Origin: Octopus vulgaris
Lineage: Eukaryota
DNA: 64,000 nucleotides
NCBI GenBank assembly: GCA_951406725.2
Contig: OX597827.1
Span: forward strand, 58,156,001 to 58,220,000
Reading direction: 5' to 3'
Shown here: in pieces, positions 49,476-62,294 of the stretch
Numbering within the stretch: position 1 is the stretch's first letter
Layout: each line of letters starts with the position of its first letter
Translations under genes and position numbers: made by a program
Notes under the pieces: model-generated
The model's input: only the letters and a program-made list of their open reading frames with translations
Told to the model about the DNA's origin: nothing
Database searches by the model: none

Positions 49476-49989
49476 GAGTCAAAAAGAAACAGAACAAAAA
49501 AAAAATCTGACAGTAACGACTTCAATTATAAGTTTACTTGAAGCAAAAACAATCTACAGTATATAGAAACTTTTCCCTTTCCCGGTAGTTGCTGTTGTTT
49601 TCTGAAGCGTTTTTAATTTTTTACAATAGCTTAAAATCCCGAGGATTATCCAAAGGGAAATGGGGGTAAGCGGAAAGGCTTACCAATCTACCTCTCTGTT
49701 TCACCACCGACCACCACCCCTCTCATAGACATGAATGAAGTTGGAAACAGTTTCAGTTGGGAATTGAAACCGGGTCACGAACTCGGATTACCTAAAAAGC
49801 TTACACGTCTTAAAACTTCGGCACTGTCGTTTTTTTATCAACAACAAACAAACAGTCACATTGATACGACTCATTATTTATTACTATAATTTCTCTCTGT
49901 GAAACTCATATCTTTCTGTCGGTGTCGGCTCTAAAAACAAAAAGTGTTCAGTGCGAACTTCTTAATGCAAGCCTTTATATTATTTACGT

Positions 49990-50870
49990 TATTGGAGGAG
50001 GAGGAGGAGGAGGAAGATATAGGAGGGGGAAGACGGGGGTGGGGGCGGGTGGGAGGAGGTGACGAAAATATCTTCTTTTAGCTTGTCTGAAACTGATTAA
50101 CCAGCTGCTGCCGCCTTTGAGATATATAGCTTTATGTAAACATTGCCTGGTTGAGACTGGCTGAACATTAATGGAATGCTTCAAACAGTAAAAGCGAGCT
50201 CTTGAAGGTTTTTAGCATTAGCAGATAAAGAAAGGAAGGAAGGAAGAAAAGAAAAGAAAAGGAAGAGAAAAGAAAAGCAGAAGCAAAGCAGCACCAGTGA
50301 TTCTTCGTCAGCCAATAATGCTGGTCGGTCTGGCCTTGTCAGCCTTTAGAGCTTGACTGCCGAAGCCAGCCCTCCACTTCAAAGGAGGACATGTTGACCT
50401 AAATAAACTGCATGACTAAGCTATTAAAACCAGTCAGTTGTATTGATTTAAAGGCAACAGTGAACAATTATAGTAGTAGTAGTAGTAATAGCAGTAGTGG
50501 TAGTGGTGGTAACGATACCGTCGTGTGTATGTATGTATGTATGTATGTTATGTTATGTATGCGAGTGCGCGCGCGCGCGATAAGTGATGACAACATCACT
50601 TGGATGCAGCTGCTAGTTTGCCAGTGTCTCGACAGGCTGCATATCGTAAACTATTATACCTTGGCGTATTCATAGAAAGCGGGAGAACCTCTCTCGCTTT
50701 CGCTCTCTCTTTCTCTCTCATCTTCTCCCTCTCTCTCTCTTTCACTTAAGCGAGAGACAGACAAACAGAGAGTGTGAGTAGAACCTGTAGCTACTTGCTA
50801 AAGCTTGGTCGTCGTTTACCACAACTATTGATTTCTTTTGACTGAGCCCCAAGGTCATTTCTTCTTAGGG
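49990..50870. promoter_or_regulatory. Promoter/enhancer-like block in a CpG-retaining region
   Basis: GC box and G4 motif 50035-50053, TGACG/CGTCA half-sites, CCAAT at ~50312, TTCAAAG, (GC)6 at 50567-50579, (CT)n tracts; no recognisable TEs. Confidence 0.45.
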
Positions 50871-51490
50871 AAAGGGGATATATATATATATGTAATCAGT
50901 TGGAAAACAGTGTCAGTGTATCACTGGTACTTTTGTTTGTTTTTTTTTCTTCTACTTCTACTTCGTCTTTATTTTACGTCATCGACTCTAGTGGGATTCG
51001 AACTCGGAAAGTTTTGAGTGAACTAATTAAAAAATATCTCCATCCTGTCCAGTGTTTGTTAACTGTCACTTCCAGATATCATCTCTTATTTACCACCACC
51101 ATAACCACCACCACCAATTACCACTCCTACAACTTCACTGCTTCTGATGACAGAGGTTGGTTTATAATAGGAGAGAGACAGAGACAGAGATCACTTTACT
51201 TACTTTCATAGGAATTTTCATTACGTTTTCTGATCCTGTATATCTTCAAAAAAGACACAAAACAACAATCAAATATATATATATATATTTCTAAATAGGT
51301 ATGGATACTTTTTTGTTGTTGTTTTGCTTTAAATTTTGTTCGCCTTTATTATTTTTTTTCTTTCTGGTTTTGTTTTCAAAATGATATCAAATCCTTAACA
51401 TATGTCTATGAAACTCTGTCTTTAAACAAACATTCCTCTGTATTTTATCTGTTTCCGTCGGTTTTTCCCATTTAACACAATACATACACC

Positions 51491-51534
<44 letters not shown>

Positions 51535-51872
51535 TGTTTGTATGTTCTCTTGACATATGTGCTATTAAACATTCTCGCTTTCATCAATGACTTTAACAGT
51601 TATTTAACTTTTTTAAACTTTCAAAACAATAATCGAAAGGGGGGGAGGCGGCTGAATATACATATGGTTGCTTTTTTGCTTTTGAACTATTTCTTCGAAA
51701 GCGAATATATTATTTTATGTGTAATGAATAATTCATTACTTTAAAGTTATTCAATTTATCTCGTTCATTCAGTCGTTAATGTTTTGGCTTATTTTATTTA
51801 CTTAATTTCTAAATTTCTGTTGGTAAGGACCGACTTGGATGTACGTGTTATATCCATTGCCTTAAATGTATA

Positions 51873-51914
<42 letters not shown>

Positions 51915-53574
51915 CCCTACCACCACCAATCTTTTTTGCATTCTCCATCTCTCTTATTATTATTATTATTACATCGGTCTTTTTCTTCTCCATCAAAACA
52001 ATTTTTTTCCGAATTAAAGTAACTTGCTTTTATACTTCGTAGACGATATTGTATAAAGTGGGTATTTCGTTAGCGGACAATTTTGAAGTAAATTAAAGTT
52101 AGCCAACTTCCTACAGACAACTGATGTTGAATAACTAAGTCTCACAAGTATTATAAATAAATACAAATTTTATTTCATTATTGATAGCAATTTTTCTAAT
52201 TCTCGAGCGACTTTTTTGTAGGTATTTATTTACCTATAGCATATAAATAACTTCTACAAAATATTTCGAAAAATCATTCACTTCACGGTGGGCTTAAAAC
52301 ACACCGAACTGATTAGTGTGTCCCATGTTCAAGCTCACCACCTGTCATTTGAAATTAGAATTTTTTTATTGTTAAGGTATGTGTTGACACTGATCTTAAT
52401 CGTATACCATACACTTTAACAACAAAAGTTTGTATAGTATTGTAAGTTCGGCTTATATATATATAGTCTTAGTTTCGTGATCAGCAAAGATTTGCGAAAC
52501 TCGGAGTACTAACAGAGTATATCTAAGCTGCTTTAATAAATATTTCAATTACACTCCACTTCGATATTGAGTACTTCGACATATTTGTAAATTCAAACGT
52601 AAGTAAACGATCCACTGAGAATACGGCGTGGAAGTTAACATAGATAACAACAAACTGCATTACCATACAGACTTCACACAATTTAACCGCAAGTTTGTTT
52701 GGGTAAGTTAATGTTGTTTACCTCACATAAACAACAACTAAACTACTGAACTTTCAAGTTGAAAGGCGATGGTGTATGTAGTAGAGCGTATCGTTTTTTT
52801 TTCCTTTCGCAAACTTATATTGTTATTATTATTTTATTTTCTCTCGGTCTTTCAGACTTTTAATTTTCCTCCGAGTTTTTACGAATGAATTATATCTGTA
52901 ATAACGATATTGTTGGCCAATATCTGTATATTGACCATAATGTTTAGGAATATAAAATTTAAACAAACGAAGAAAATATTGTTCAATTATATTATACAAG
53001 AAATTTGGGCCAGTGCTTGATCACCACTAGGCATAATTTATTTGCAGTAAACCCATGAAATAATTAAGCTACGACATAACACAAACATTGGGCCTAGAAA
53101 ATCTTTAAGCTCTAATGGGTCGAAAATAAAAACAACCCCCCCAAATTTTTTTTAACCCCCTAGATCGCTAAAAATTAGTCTGATGACTACGAGAGCGATT
53201 AAAAAAAACTTTTTAATGTTTTTTTTAAAATTTTCACTAAGTAAATATCACGACTGGCATAGATTTGATATAACGCTGTGCACATTACGTTATGCATATT
53301 AATTTCAATAACTGTGTGTGCATATGTAATATATGTTATACACATAAACGTATTGTATGTGCCTGTGGTTGTGAATTTATGCATGCAATGTACACACATA
53401 GAATGAGAGAGAAATAACTTTTAATAAACATTTTATCTTTGTAAAATCGTAAGCATTTCTTACCTACCTAACCTACAACTACACTGACATAAATAAACAC
53501 CATAACAACGATACAACATTGTACATATACGTTGTATATCAATTTCAGTATGTACGTTTGTATGTGTGTGTGTG

Positions 53575-53606
<32 letters not shown>

Positions 53607-54081
53607 TACATACATGTCTTGTAATGATAAGTGAACAGGACGTTTTATTTTGCGTAGAAATGAGGGTAACTTATCAATGATTAATTCGCTTGTTGTTTAC
53701 TGAAGGATTAGCTCTGGTTATATATACATTTAAGATGGATTAATACTAATTTATTTCTTTATTATTCATTTTTTCTTTTTAATTCTGTTCACAACCGCTA
53801 AGTGTTTAATTAATCTTGAAGTAATCTGCCTTCAGAAGGTAAATTTTTTTTTTTTATCTTCTTAATTCTCTCACAATTTATGAATATGTTCAAATTCCCT
53901 TTATATTGTGATTATTAGGTTTCAGAGCTTCGGATCTAAATGATTTCAATTGTTCTCTTTTTTTAATTTTATTTCCAATCATTGCCCCTCAACCGTTAAA
54001 CGGGTGCTGCAGGAAACTTGTAAGATGTGGGCGGGAATTTTATATTCATAACAAAATTATATATAATATATATATATACAC

Positions 54082-54123
<42 letters not shown>

Positions 54124-54124
54124 A

Positions 54125-54525
54125 AGCAGGTGTAGCTGCGTGGTAGAGAAGTTTGCTTCCCGATCATGGAGTCTTGAGTTCGGTTCCGCTGCGTGGCACC
54201 TTGACCAAATGGCCCCGATTCGACCGAAGCCATATGAGTAGATTTGGTAGACGGAACCTGAAACAAGTCCGTCGTATATAATATATATAAATGTATATGT
54301 ATGTGTCTTTGTGTTTGCCCTCCTTTTGTTTATGTAACTTAACGGTTCGACAAATTAACCCGGGATCTCAAACCGAAAAGATTCTTAACCCGACAGAATA
54401 AGCACCGGGTTTTAGTCCAGGTGGGGAGAACTGAGCTCGTTTTCTTCGACTAAATCCCTTCAAAGGTGGTCGGTATTCCAGCATGGTCACAATCCAACGA
54501 CTGAAACAAGTAAAAGATTAAAAAG
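54125..54525 (+). mobile_element. SINE family A, diverged but CpG-retaining
   Basis: gtggcaccttg, gatttggtagacggaa, tail ccagcatggtcac...gactgaaacaagtaaaaga. Confidence 0.85.
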
Positions 54526-54981
54526 AAGGGGAAAAAAATGAATAGATTACTTTGCGAACGGTGATAATTCGATTGTAACAGAAAACTTGAATGTCGTCAG
54601 CTTTTAACAGCAAGTTGCCCCTTTAAAAGATCTATCAGTCAACTTGTTGTACAAGTTGTTGTACAGCCAAATAGTCCAACTTTCTTGTTTTTAAGTTTCG
54701 TGAAACAAACGTTAGTCTCTCGCGATGACTGATTTCAAAAGTGAACTTTGGTGGCTTTTCACGAGAAAAGGGTGGGGAAAAAAAGAAGAAAAAAGTAATT
54801 TAAATCTCATATCTCGACTGATAGTAGTTGTAATTTTCCCCCTCCTTTTGTAAATAATAAATCGCTTCACGATCAACTATTCTTTATTTGCACTAACGAC
54901 TTGCTTTTCTGCTGACTGACCTGAAAGTTGTTTTTTGTGTACATACTATTTACTAAAATATATAATATATGAGTTCTTGTA

Positions 54982-55027
<46 letters not shown>

Positions 55028-55170
55028 CAAAATGAGAAAATGGAGAAATATATCTAAATCAATCATCAACTATCAGATAATACCCAATCAATACTTTATT
55101 AAACCACTACACAATAGCAATGATATTATACATTAATATAGTACAAATATAACAAGACATAGAAATAGAA

Positions 55171-55226
<56 letters not shown>

Positions 55227-55410
55227 TTATATATAAATAAGGATAAGATCGTTATTTGAAATACCGATCATATCAGGTGACTAGCCTGGAAATAAAAACT
55301 TCATAGGTAATAATAATTATTAAAATTATGATTAAGGGTATCTAAGAGATGCCACCATGCTGGAAATAGCAACCAAAACGTGACTCTAAAACCACATTAA
55401 CTGTTCATAC

Positions 55411-55472
55411 AGCACCAGGAGAGAAGGCAAAGAGACAAAATATTTTGTCTCTTTATTTTCTCTCCTGGTGCT
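55411..55472. repeat. 62-bp hairpin
   Basis: agcaccaggagagaa-ggc-aaagagacaaaa-ta-ttttgtctcttt-att-ttctctcctggtgct. Confidence 0.9.
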
Positions 55473-55621
55473 ATTATCATTATTATTATTATTATTATTA
55501 TTGTTGTTTCAGTCATTTGACTGCAACCTTACTGGAACACCGCATTAAAATATAAATATGTGTTTACAGTGTAAGTATGTATGTATATAGTGTGTGTGTG
55601 TGTGTGTGTGTATATATATTT

Positions 55622-57410
55622 TATCATTTTCAGCTCAAACCTGTGACCATGATGGGCCACCACCGTTTTGCTACACTTATTATTGAGAGCCTCCTTTGAT
55701 ATGTGGCATTTGGTGAATAAGGAAGTTTGATGTCGCTGTCCTCATTTGAGCCTCCTGCCGCAAGGTGGGTTCATCTGGGACTCTTGAGTGGAAGAGGCCC
55801 AGTTTTGGAGAATATTAGAAACCCTGGCTGTTGCAGTAACTGGTCCTGAAGCACGATGGCATTGTTGGAATCTTTGGCACTGTGTAGTGGTGACCAGTTC
55901 TGGCATTTGTATAGCTTTCAGTGCCAAAATTTGGCACATTCCCTTCCAGGATCTTCCATATATATATATATTACTGCATATCACTCCTGCCTTCACTCCA
56001 GGGAGTAGTGTCTTAGCTATTTCAGCCTTTCCCAGTAGCTGAGCTGTTGCATTGAGACGATTTTCTTCGTGAAGCTTCGCTGGTTTGCTTCAAGGTCTAC
56101 TGTTAATTTTACATTGTGGGGTGACCACAGTTGGGAGTAGTAGTCAAGGTGGCCGAGGACAAATGTCCTCCACAGGACCATCATGGTTTCTTTCTCTCTG
56201 GTTCTGAAGGTTCTCAGGATCCATCCAGCCAACTGTCTGTACTTTCTCCCCATCTTGGTAATGTGCACTTGGAATCCCTCCTGGGCTAGTGTAACCTGTA
56301 AGTTTTTTGTTCAGTTTTGGGTGTTGGTAGAGCAAGGTTAGGAATTTTCTGGCATTAAACTGCATCTTGTCCTCAGCCCATCAGTAAATTGTGTCGAACT
56401 CCTGCTGCTAGAGTTTTGTATTTTCTGGGCAGCTGAAGGCATATCTGAGAGGGTCAGACAATGTTCTGTGGAACACCACTCACTATTTGTGTTTTCTTTG
56501 AGGTAGCTCAATTACTTCAACATCCAATCATAGTGCTGTAGGAGCTGGGTCAGGCAGCTCCTACCTGGTCAAAAACCATGCTGGGTATCACTCAGAAAGT
56601 TGTTTTCTTAAAGGAAAAGCAGTGGTCCCAAGACAGTACCCTGTGGAACACAACTCACTATTTGTGTTTTCTTTGAGGTGCCTGATTTTTATCTTTCAGA
56701 AAGTCATGTAACCACTCTCCAAGTTTCCAGCTATGCGAAGATCATGCAGTTTGAGGCATATCATACCATGATTGACTTTATCAAAAGCTTATGCAAACGT
56801 ATATTATGTCCACATTTGAGTTGTTGAATAACTGCCTCAACACCCAGTCAATGCTGTAGGAGATGGGTCGGGTCGAAAACCATGCTGGGTATCACTCAGC
56901 AAGTCATTTTCTTCAAGGAATGTGATTAGTTTCCCTCTTTTCATTCCATGACGTTGCTGGTGTGTGAAGTCAGAGAAATATGCCTATAATTTTCGGAATC
57001 TACTCTGCTTCCTCTTTTATGGCTTGGGCATATTGTTCCCACCTTCACTTGCCATTTGTAAGGAAACTCTGAAAGAGAATCTGTAGTAGTTTTGTCAGGG
57101 CATGTTTACACGATTTGAGGAGGATTGCTGAGAAACCAGCAGGGTTTGCATCCACTTCATCTATGGCTAGTATTATATCTTCTTCACTAATGTCGATGTA
57201 ATCCATCGTAACTGTCTCACTGGTTATAGGTGAGGCAGCAAAGAAATCCACTGGTTCATTCACTTGTCTGTTCCAATGGGGTGGTAAAGACACCTTTGAA
57301 CTGGTCATTCAGTACCTCACTGATCCTGGTTGAGTTACTTGAGGGAGCCATCCTTCTGGAAGAGGGGTCCAATTTTGCAGTGTACTGAGCCTGTTTATCT
57401 GGCATGTTAT
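55622..57410 (-). mobile_element. Rearranged CR1-group LINE ORF2 remnant
   Basis: Minus-strand motifs DIDISEEDIILAIDE..AGFSAILLKSCK, VPQGTVLGPLLF (56610-56658), MQFNARKF, GWILRTFRTR..LDYYSQLWSPH..QRSFTKKI..LSYWERL; tail at 55622-55666 resembles the SINE A tail. Confidence 0.9.
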
Positions 57411-57424
57411 ATATATATTATGTA

Positions 57425-57735
57425 TCTACTACATATGTGAAAAATCGGTGTGTGTTTGTTTGTGGCATTGTTAGCTAACTCCTCCTACGTTGTTTTATTG
57501 ATTTTGATGAAACTTGACATGTGAGTAGAACTCATGTCTGGAAACCTTATGGCATACTTAGATTGTTGAAAAAATCGATAATATGGACCCTGGAAGAGAC
57601 CTTTATATCTACCTGATATAACTAATTTTTTAAACTCCCAAGGGAAATAACCCATAGCACCTGCACAATATTTTTTTAAACCCATTTCATTGTCTATGTT
57701 TGATTACTTTGAATATTGAATTTTTGTGTCCTGTT
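57425..57735 (+). mobile_element. Helitron-like (Lep1/DINE-style) 5' fragment
   Basis: A|TCTACTAC start, (gttt)n microsatellite, gattttgatgaaacttg motif. Confidence 0.4.
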
Positions 57736-57929
57736 TAAGCAGCAGAAAATTCAACAAAACCTGTTACTCTGAGTTTCTGCTGCTTTAAATAAAGCATATT
57801 ACTCTACCACTGGTATTTGAGTACTCTTTTTTCCACCTTGTTTCACATTTAGTGTTTACTCCGGTATATATATATATATCATATATGTCCTATATAATAT
57901 ATATCTATGCTATATATATATATATATAT

Positions 57930-58166
57930 TAATAAAAGAATAGAACATATGCATATATATAAACATATATGTACGTACCTACCTCTACATGTACATATAC
58001 ACGCATATATGTGTACAGGACACCAAAAGGACGTCGAACACATAGAGAGACGAAAAACAGACACAAACCAAGGAACAAGACAAGAAAAAATGGAGTACAG
58101 GACAATTAGCACAACGAAAAAAACCCTTCTTCAGTCGCTAAGGTTTCATCTACTCTACGTTTCGAA
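57930..58166 (-). mobile_element. Penelope-like terminal fragment in (TA)n
   Basis: Minus strand CGAAACGTAGAGTA...CTGAAGAAGGG; resembles 12340-12490; flanked by ~34-bp direct repeats. Confidence 0.5.
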
Positions 58167-58280
58167 ATATATATATCATATATGTCCTATATAATATATA
58201 TGTGTATATATTATATATGTGCTATGTATATGCTATATATATATATATATTTGTGTATATATAGCATATATATATCTACA

Positions 58281-58537
58281 TCTTTTACTTCATTAGTCGA
58301 GCAAATCGACCCCAGGACTTATTTGTAAACCTAGTACTTATTCTAAATTACGGGGACGTAAACACAACCAGCATCGGTTGTCATATACACACACATACAT
58401 ATGTTTCCGTCTATCAAATCCACTCTAGGCTAAATCCACCCGAGGATATAGCAGCCCAAGGTGCCACGCAGTGGGGCTGAACCCGGAACCATGTGGATCG
58501 TAAGCAAGCTACTTACCACACAGCCACTCCTACGCCT
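58281..58537 (-). mobile_element. SINE family A with multiple internal deletions
   Basis: High-identity blocks of family A separated by missing segments. Confidence 0.85.
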
Positions 58538-61500
58538 ACGTGTATATATATATGCTATATATATATATATATATATACATTCCTCAACATTTTTATTGTT
58601 GTAGTATTCATGACCGCATGTTAGTAAGTTATTTAAACTCGTTTTCGTTTGGATTTGTGATGCTACAGAGTTAATGAGAAGCAACAATTATTTCCATATT
58701 CACATTGTAAAACTGTATTTTCCCCCTCAAGTTCAGCATTTTCTTTCACACGCACACTTTTCTCTCTCTCACTTTCTGCTTTTTGTTTTTGTTTTTGTTT
58801 TGTTTTTTACTCTACCCAACTATCTTTTAACATCTGTGTTTTCAATACCTCGTAAGAAGAAGAAATGTTGCTATGGAAATATTGTTTCAATAAAGGTGAG
58901 TATGGAAAGATCAGATGTCTTTAAGAAAATAAATGGGAAGGAAGACAGAAAAAACAAACGGTTATTCGAACGAAGAAGCATCTAGTTGTTTTGTCAGACG
59001 TTCACAGTAACCTGGTTTGTTTTCTGCTGTTAATTAGCCTCTGCTTCCTTCCCTACTTAGCTGAGAGTTAGCTGTGAGTTTGACAGAGAGCCTTGACCCG
59101 AGCTGACTCCTCACACTGCCAATCTTTGTTCTATCACAATTTCAAGCAAACATTTCTCTGCAAACCAGCCTCGTGTTCCAGCTTGCTTAACAATTTGGGT
59201 TTTTTTTTGCTATTTTCCAAGTCCAAGATAGAGGGGGGGGAATTCCTCGCTTTTTTTCTCTCTTTCTCTCTCTTATTTTCCTTCCTGTTTTGTTCTTCGG
59301 GTTAGAGGGAGGAAGATGGAAAAAAAAATATTTCGGTTGAAATTTATCTCTGTACCTCTCAGTCAAGTACCTTAAGCATTTTTATTTGTATATCATCTAA
59401 ATGTTAGCAAGTCTACTAACTTGCTTTAATGTTTTTCTTTCTATCTTTATTTCTTTTTTGTTTTTGTATCATATCTGTGCCAGATAAAAGATTATTCATT
59501 AAATTATATATATATATTCTTGGTGGTTTCTTGTACCTTTAGCATCGTGTGTGTAACTGTCTGCATGTGTTAGCTTACAATTCTGATCACGCTGATTTAC
59601 GATTCTGGCCCAGACCATCCACCTGTTCAGGAACCAAATTTGCTTACGGGGTGCAAACAAGGTCTTGTTTTTTTTTGTTGTTTTTTTCTTTAATTATTGT
59701 TTATTTCTGTTCTTTCTTCTTTCAAAAGAAACCTAACTTCTAGCTACGTTTTACGAATCACTTTTTATATACACAAGTTTTCTAATGCTGAGAAAATAAG
59801 TCGTAACGCAAATTTTGATTTTGAAACCGCCCCAGAATTTTGCCGAGGTGCGATTACACCACCTTTCCCGGACTCGTGAGACCGTCCCTCATTTATATGC
59901 CTTTCATATTTAGGCAGCAAGTGGGTGTAATTTAAAGTAGACTTGGCTGCTATTTCTAGCATATCTAGTGACTTGCTCGGCATAAACGTGTGGTTGGTAG
60001 AAGGACTTGGGTTTTTTTTTTTTATATTTCATTGGTGAAACCACTGCTTTTTACGTGTCTAATTCACAATAGTCACTCTGGTTATTGCATTTATTTATTA
60101 ACTTGACATTATACAAACTGCTGTTTATGCTATTTACAGTGCTTATCGGTTTACTTGTGTGAGTAATATTGAATCAACTTATCTGATAAACTAGTCTTTT
60201 TTGACATGTTTACGAGCACATAGGGCCCCACCCTCATTGTGTACAAAAGATAGCTATTGTCGTTAGTTAAATAGTTTTGGAGAGCCAAGGAGTGCCAAAT
60301 AGTAGGAAGTAACTCTTTGCTGGCATACAAATATTATTTTATCTATTTTACACATTTTCGCTTCATTCTTCTTTAATTCTCCCACTTGTTTGGATTTTGC
60401 AAACAATTTTTTTACTGATTCTTATCCAAATTAATTGATTTATTATTATTCTTTTCTGATTGAAATAGACACAGTGTATTCGTAGTTGACTAAGAAATGT
60501 GTTTACAATCTTTAGGCCTTTAAAAGAGAGAAAGAGTGTGTGCGTGTGAAATTGGCTCTGATCAATCAAACTTAAAATCAAATGCATCCCAATTATGACC
60601 CATCTTAAATTTTTATAATGTATCCTTGGCAATGTCTCTTTCCTTTTCCTTTTTTTTTTCATGACGGTCGGGGTGTGATTTGAGGAAAATTTGGTTGTTA
60701 TTTCTAGCAAGTGGAAAAATTACGGAGAGGCTCCCCTGGTGAAAGTTACGATATATCCTATCACTATCAGGCAAGATTAAATACACGCATGTAAAATGTA
60801 TCGTGCGAAGAATATATAGTAAAGTATCAATTTACTTTGCATGAGGGAATCAAAGTTCACGAAACAGGAAAATCTGTCATGAACAACACAATTTATGCCA
60901 GGCCGATTGTTCAAAGTGCTTACGCAATAATTAATAGTAGATTATGTTAGATCAGGCTTGGGAAACATTTTTCGAGAAGCGGGCCGCATGAGATATATTT
61001 CATCTATTTGGCGGGCCGCACTTCTAAAAAGATTCAAGGTTAAATCTTTCTTTGACGGTACCTTTCAGAAAGCCCCGCCGGGCGCAATTTGTCCGTGGCT
61101 ATTAGATTATTGAAGGCAAAGGAAGCTCGAAATCCAATCTGATAGACGTTTTCATTTTGTCTGTCTTGGTTGTTATTTAACCCCAGATTAAACCCTGGCC
61201 TTTTTGTTAATAGACATGGTGTACCTAAGATAACTGTCGTTAACGAATAAGCCCTTTCCTTCGGTAACATGGTAGGAGATCGATCTCCTGTTTCTCTTGC
61301 AGATTGAACGGCCATGGTCACGTTTGATGTTACCTCGTCGACTTCTGGTTGTTGTTCAGCTTAAAACCAGCCCTGATTGAGTACATCGTATATGTGATCC
61401 AGCCATGGCTATCTCGTTTTCCAAAATATATAGGACTTCACTGTTCAGTGTAACTTCATGTTTTACGAGACTGTAAAATTTGATATAAAGGAGAGTTGGC

Positions 61501-61719
61501 TGGTGTTTCTAGCAGGGATTGTTATGGTGGACAGAAACGGTTAGATAAAGAGTGATCTGATTAGATGACTTAAACCCTTCTATAAAATTAATTCCCAAAG
61601 AAAGTAATGGTTTTCAGCCTCAGTTCCAAGCTGACCTTTTGTCAAAAGCGTTCCAGCTGTGGTCACCCTTATCCTGCCTTTAAGAATTATGAAGTTATAA
61701 TTATATTACATTATTCAGT

Positions 61720-61905
61720 GCATTAGCATACTGGGCAAAATGCTTAGCAGCATTTTGCCCCATCCTTACAATCTGAATTCAAATTTCACCGAGGTCAACT
61801 TTGCCTTGCATCCTTTCGGGGTCGATAAAATAAGTACCGGTTATGCACTGGGATCGATATAATCGACTAGCCCCTCCCCCAAAATTTCAGGCCTTATTCC
61901 CTTAT
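61720..61905 (+). mobile_element. SINE family B
   Basis: gaggtcaactttgccttgcatcctttcggggtcgataaaataagtacc. Confidence 0.85.
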
Positions 61906-62294
61906 TGGATGTGATTTGAGCTTTTGTTTCTATATGTTTGAGCAAACATGATAAGGCTTCCACAATAGGTTTATTGTTTTTGCTGAAGTCGCATTTGTTG
62001 ATGATTAGATCGTAGCTTCTGTGCAGTTTGGTAAAGACTTTTGTTATATGGTAGAAGCATATATTTATGGGATCCGGATTCTCGAGATGACTGATGCTGT
62101 GTGGAAATGAAATGACTTCATCATTTGTGGAAGCAATACAAACAAGTTACATAATGTGTACTTTGTAAATTAAAATAAGAATGTGTGGTATTGGCTTTTT
62201 TTGTCATTGTGGAAGATTCAACAATAATAATAATAATCCTTTCTACTATAGACACAAGGCCTGAAACTTTGTGGGAGGGGGCTAGTCAAAAGTT

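Noticed and set aside
52468-52515. Hammerhead-like GCAAA-GA-TTTGC-GAAAC-TCGGA-GTA
   Set aside because: The CUGAnGA core is replaced by GTGATCA and the spacing to stem I is wrong; at most a decayed remnant
58674-58985. 103-aa ORF as a coding exon
   Set aside because: Low-complexity Phe/Leu-rich translation of T-rich DNA; only the splice-donor signal was kept as a finding
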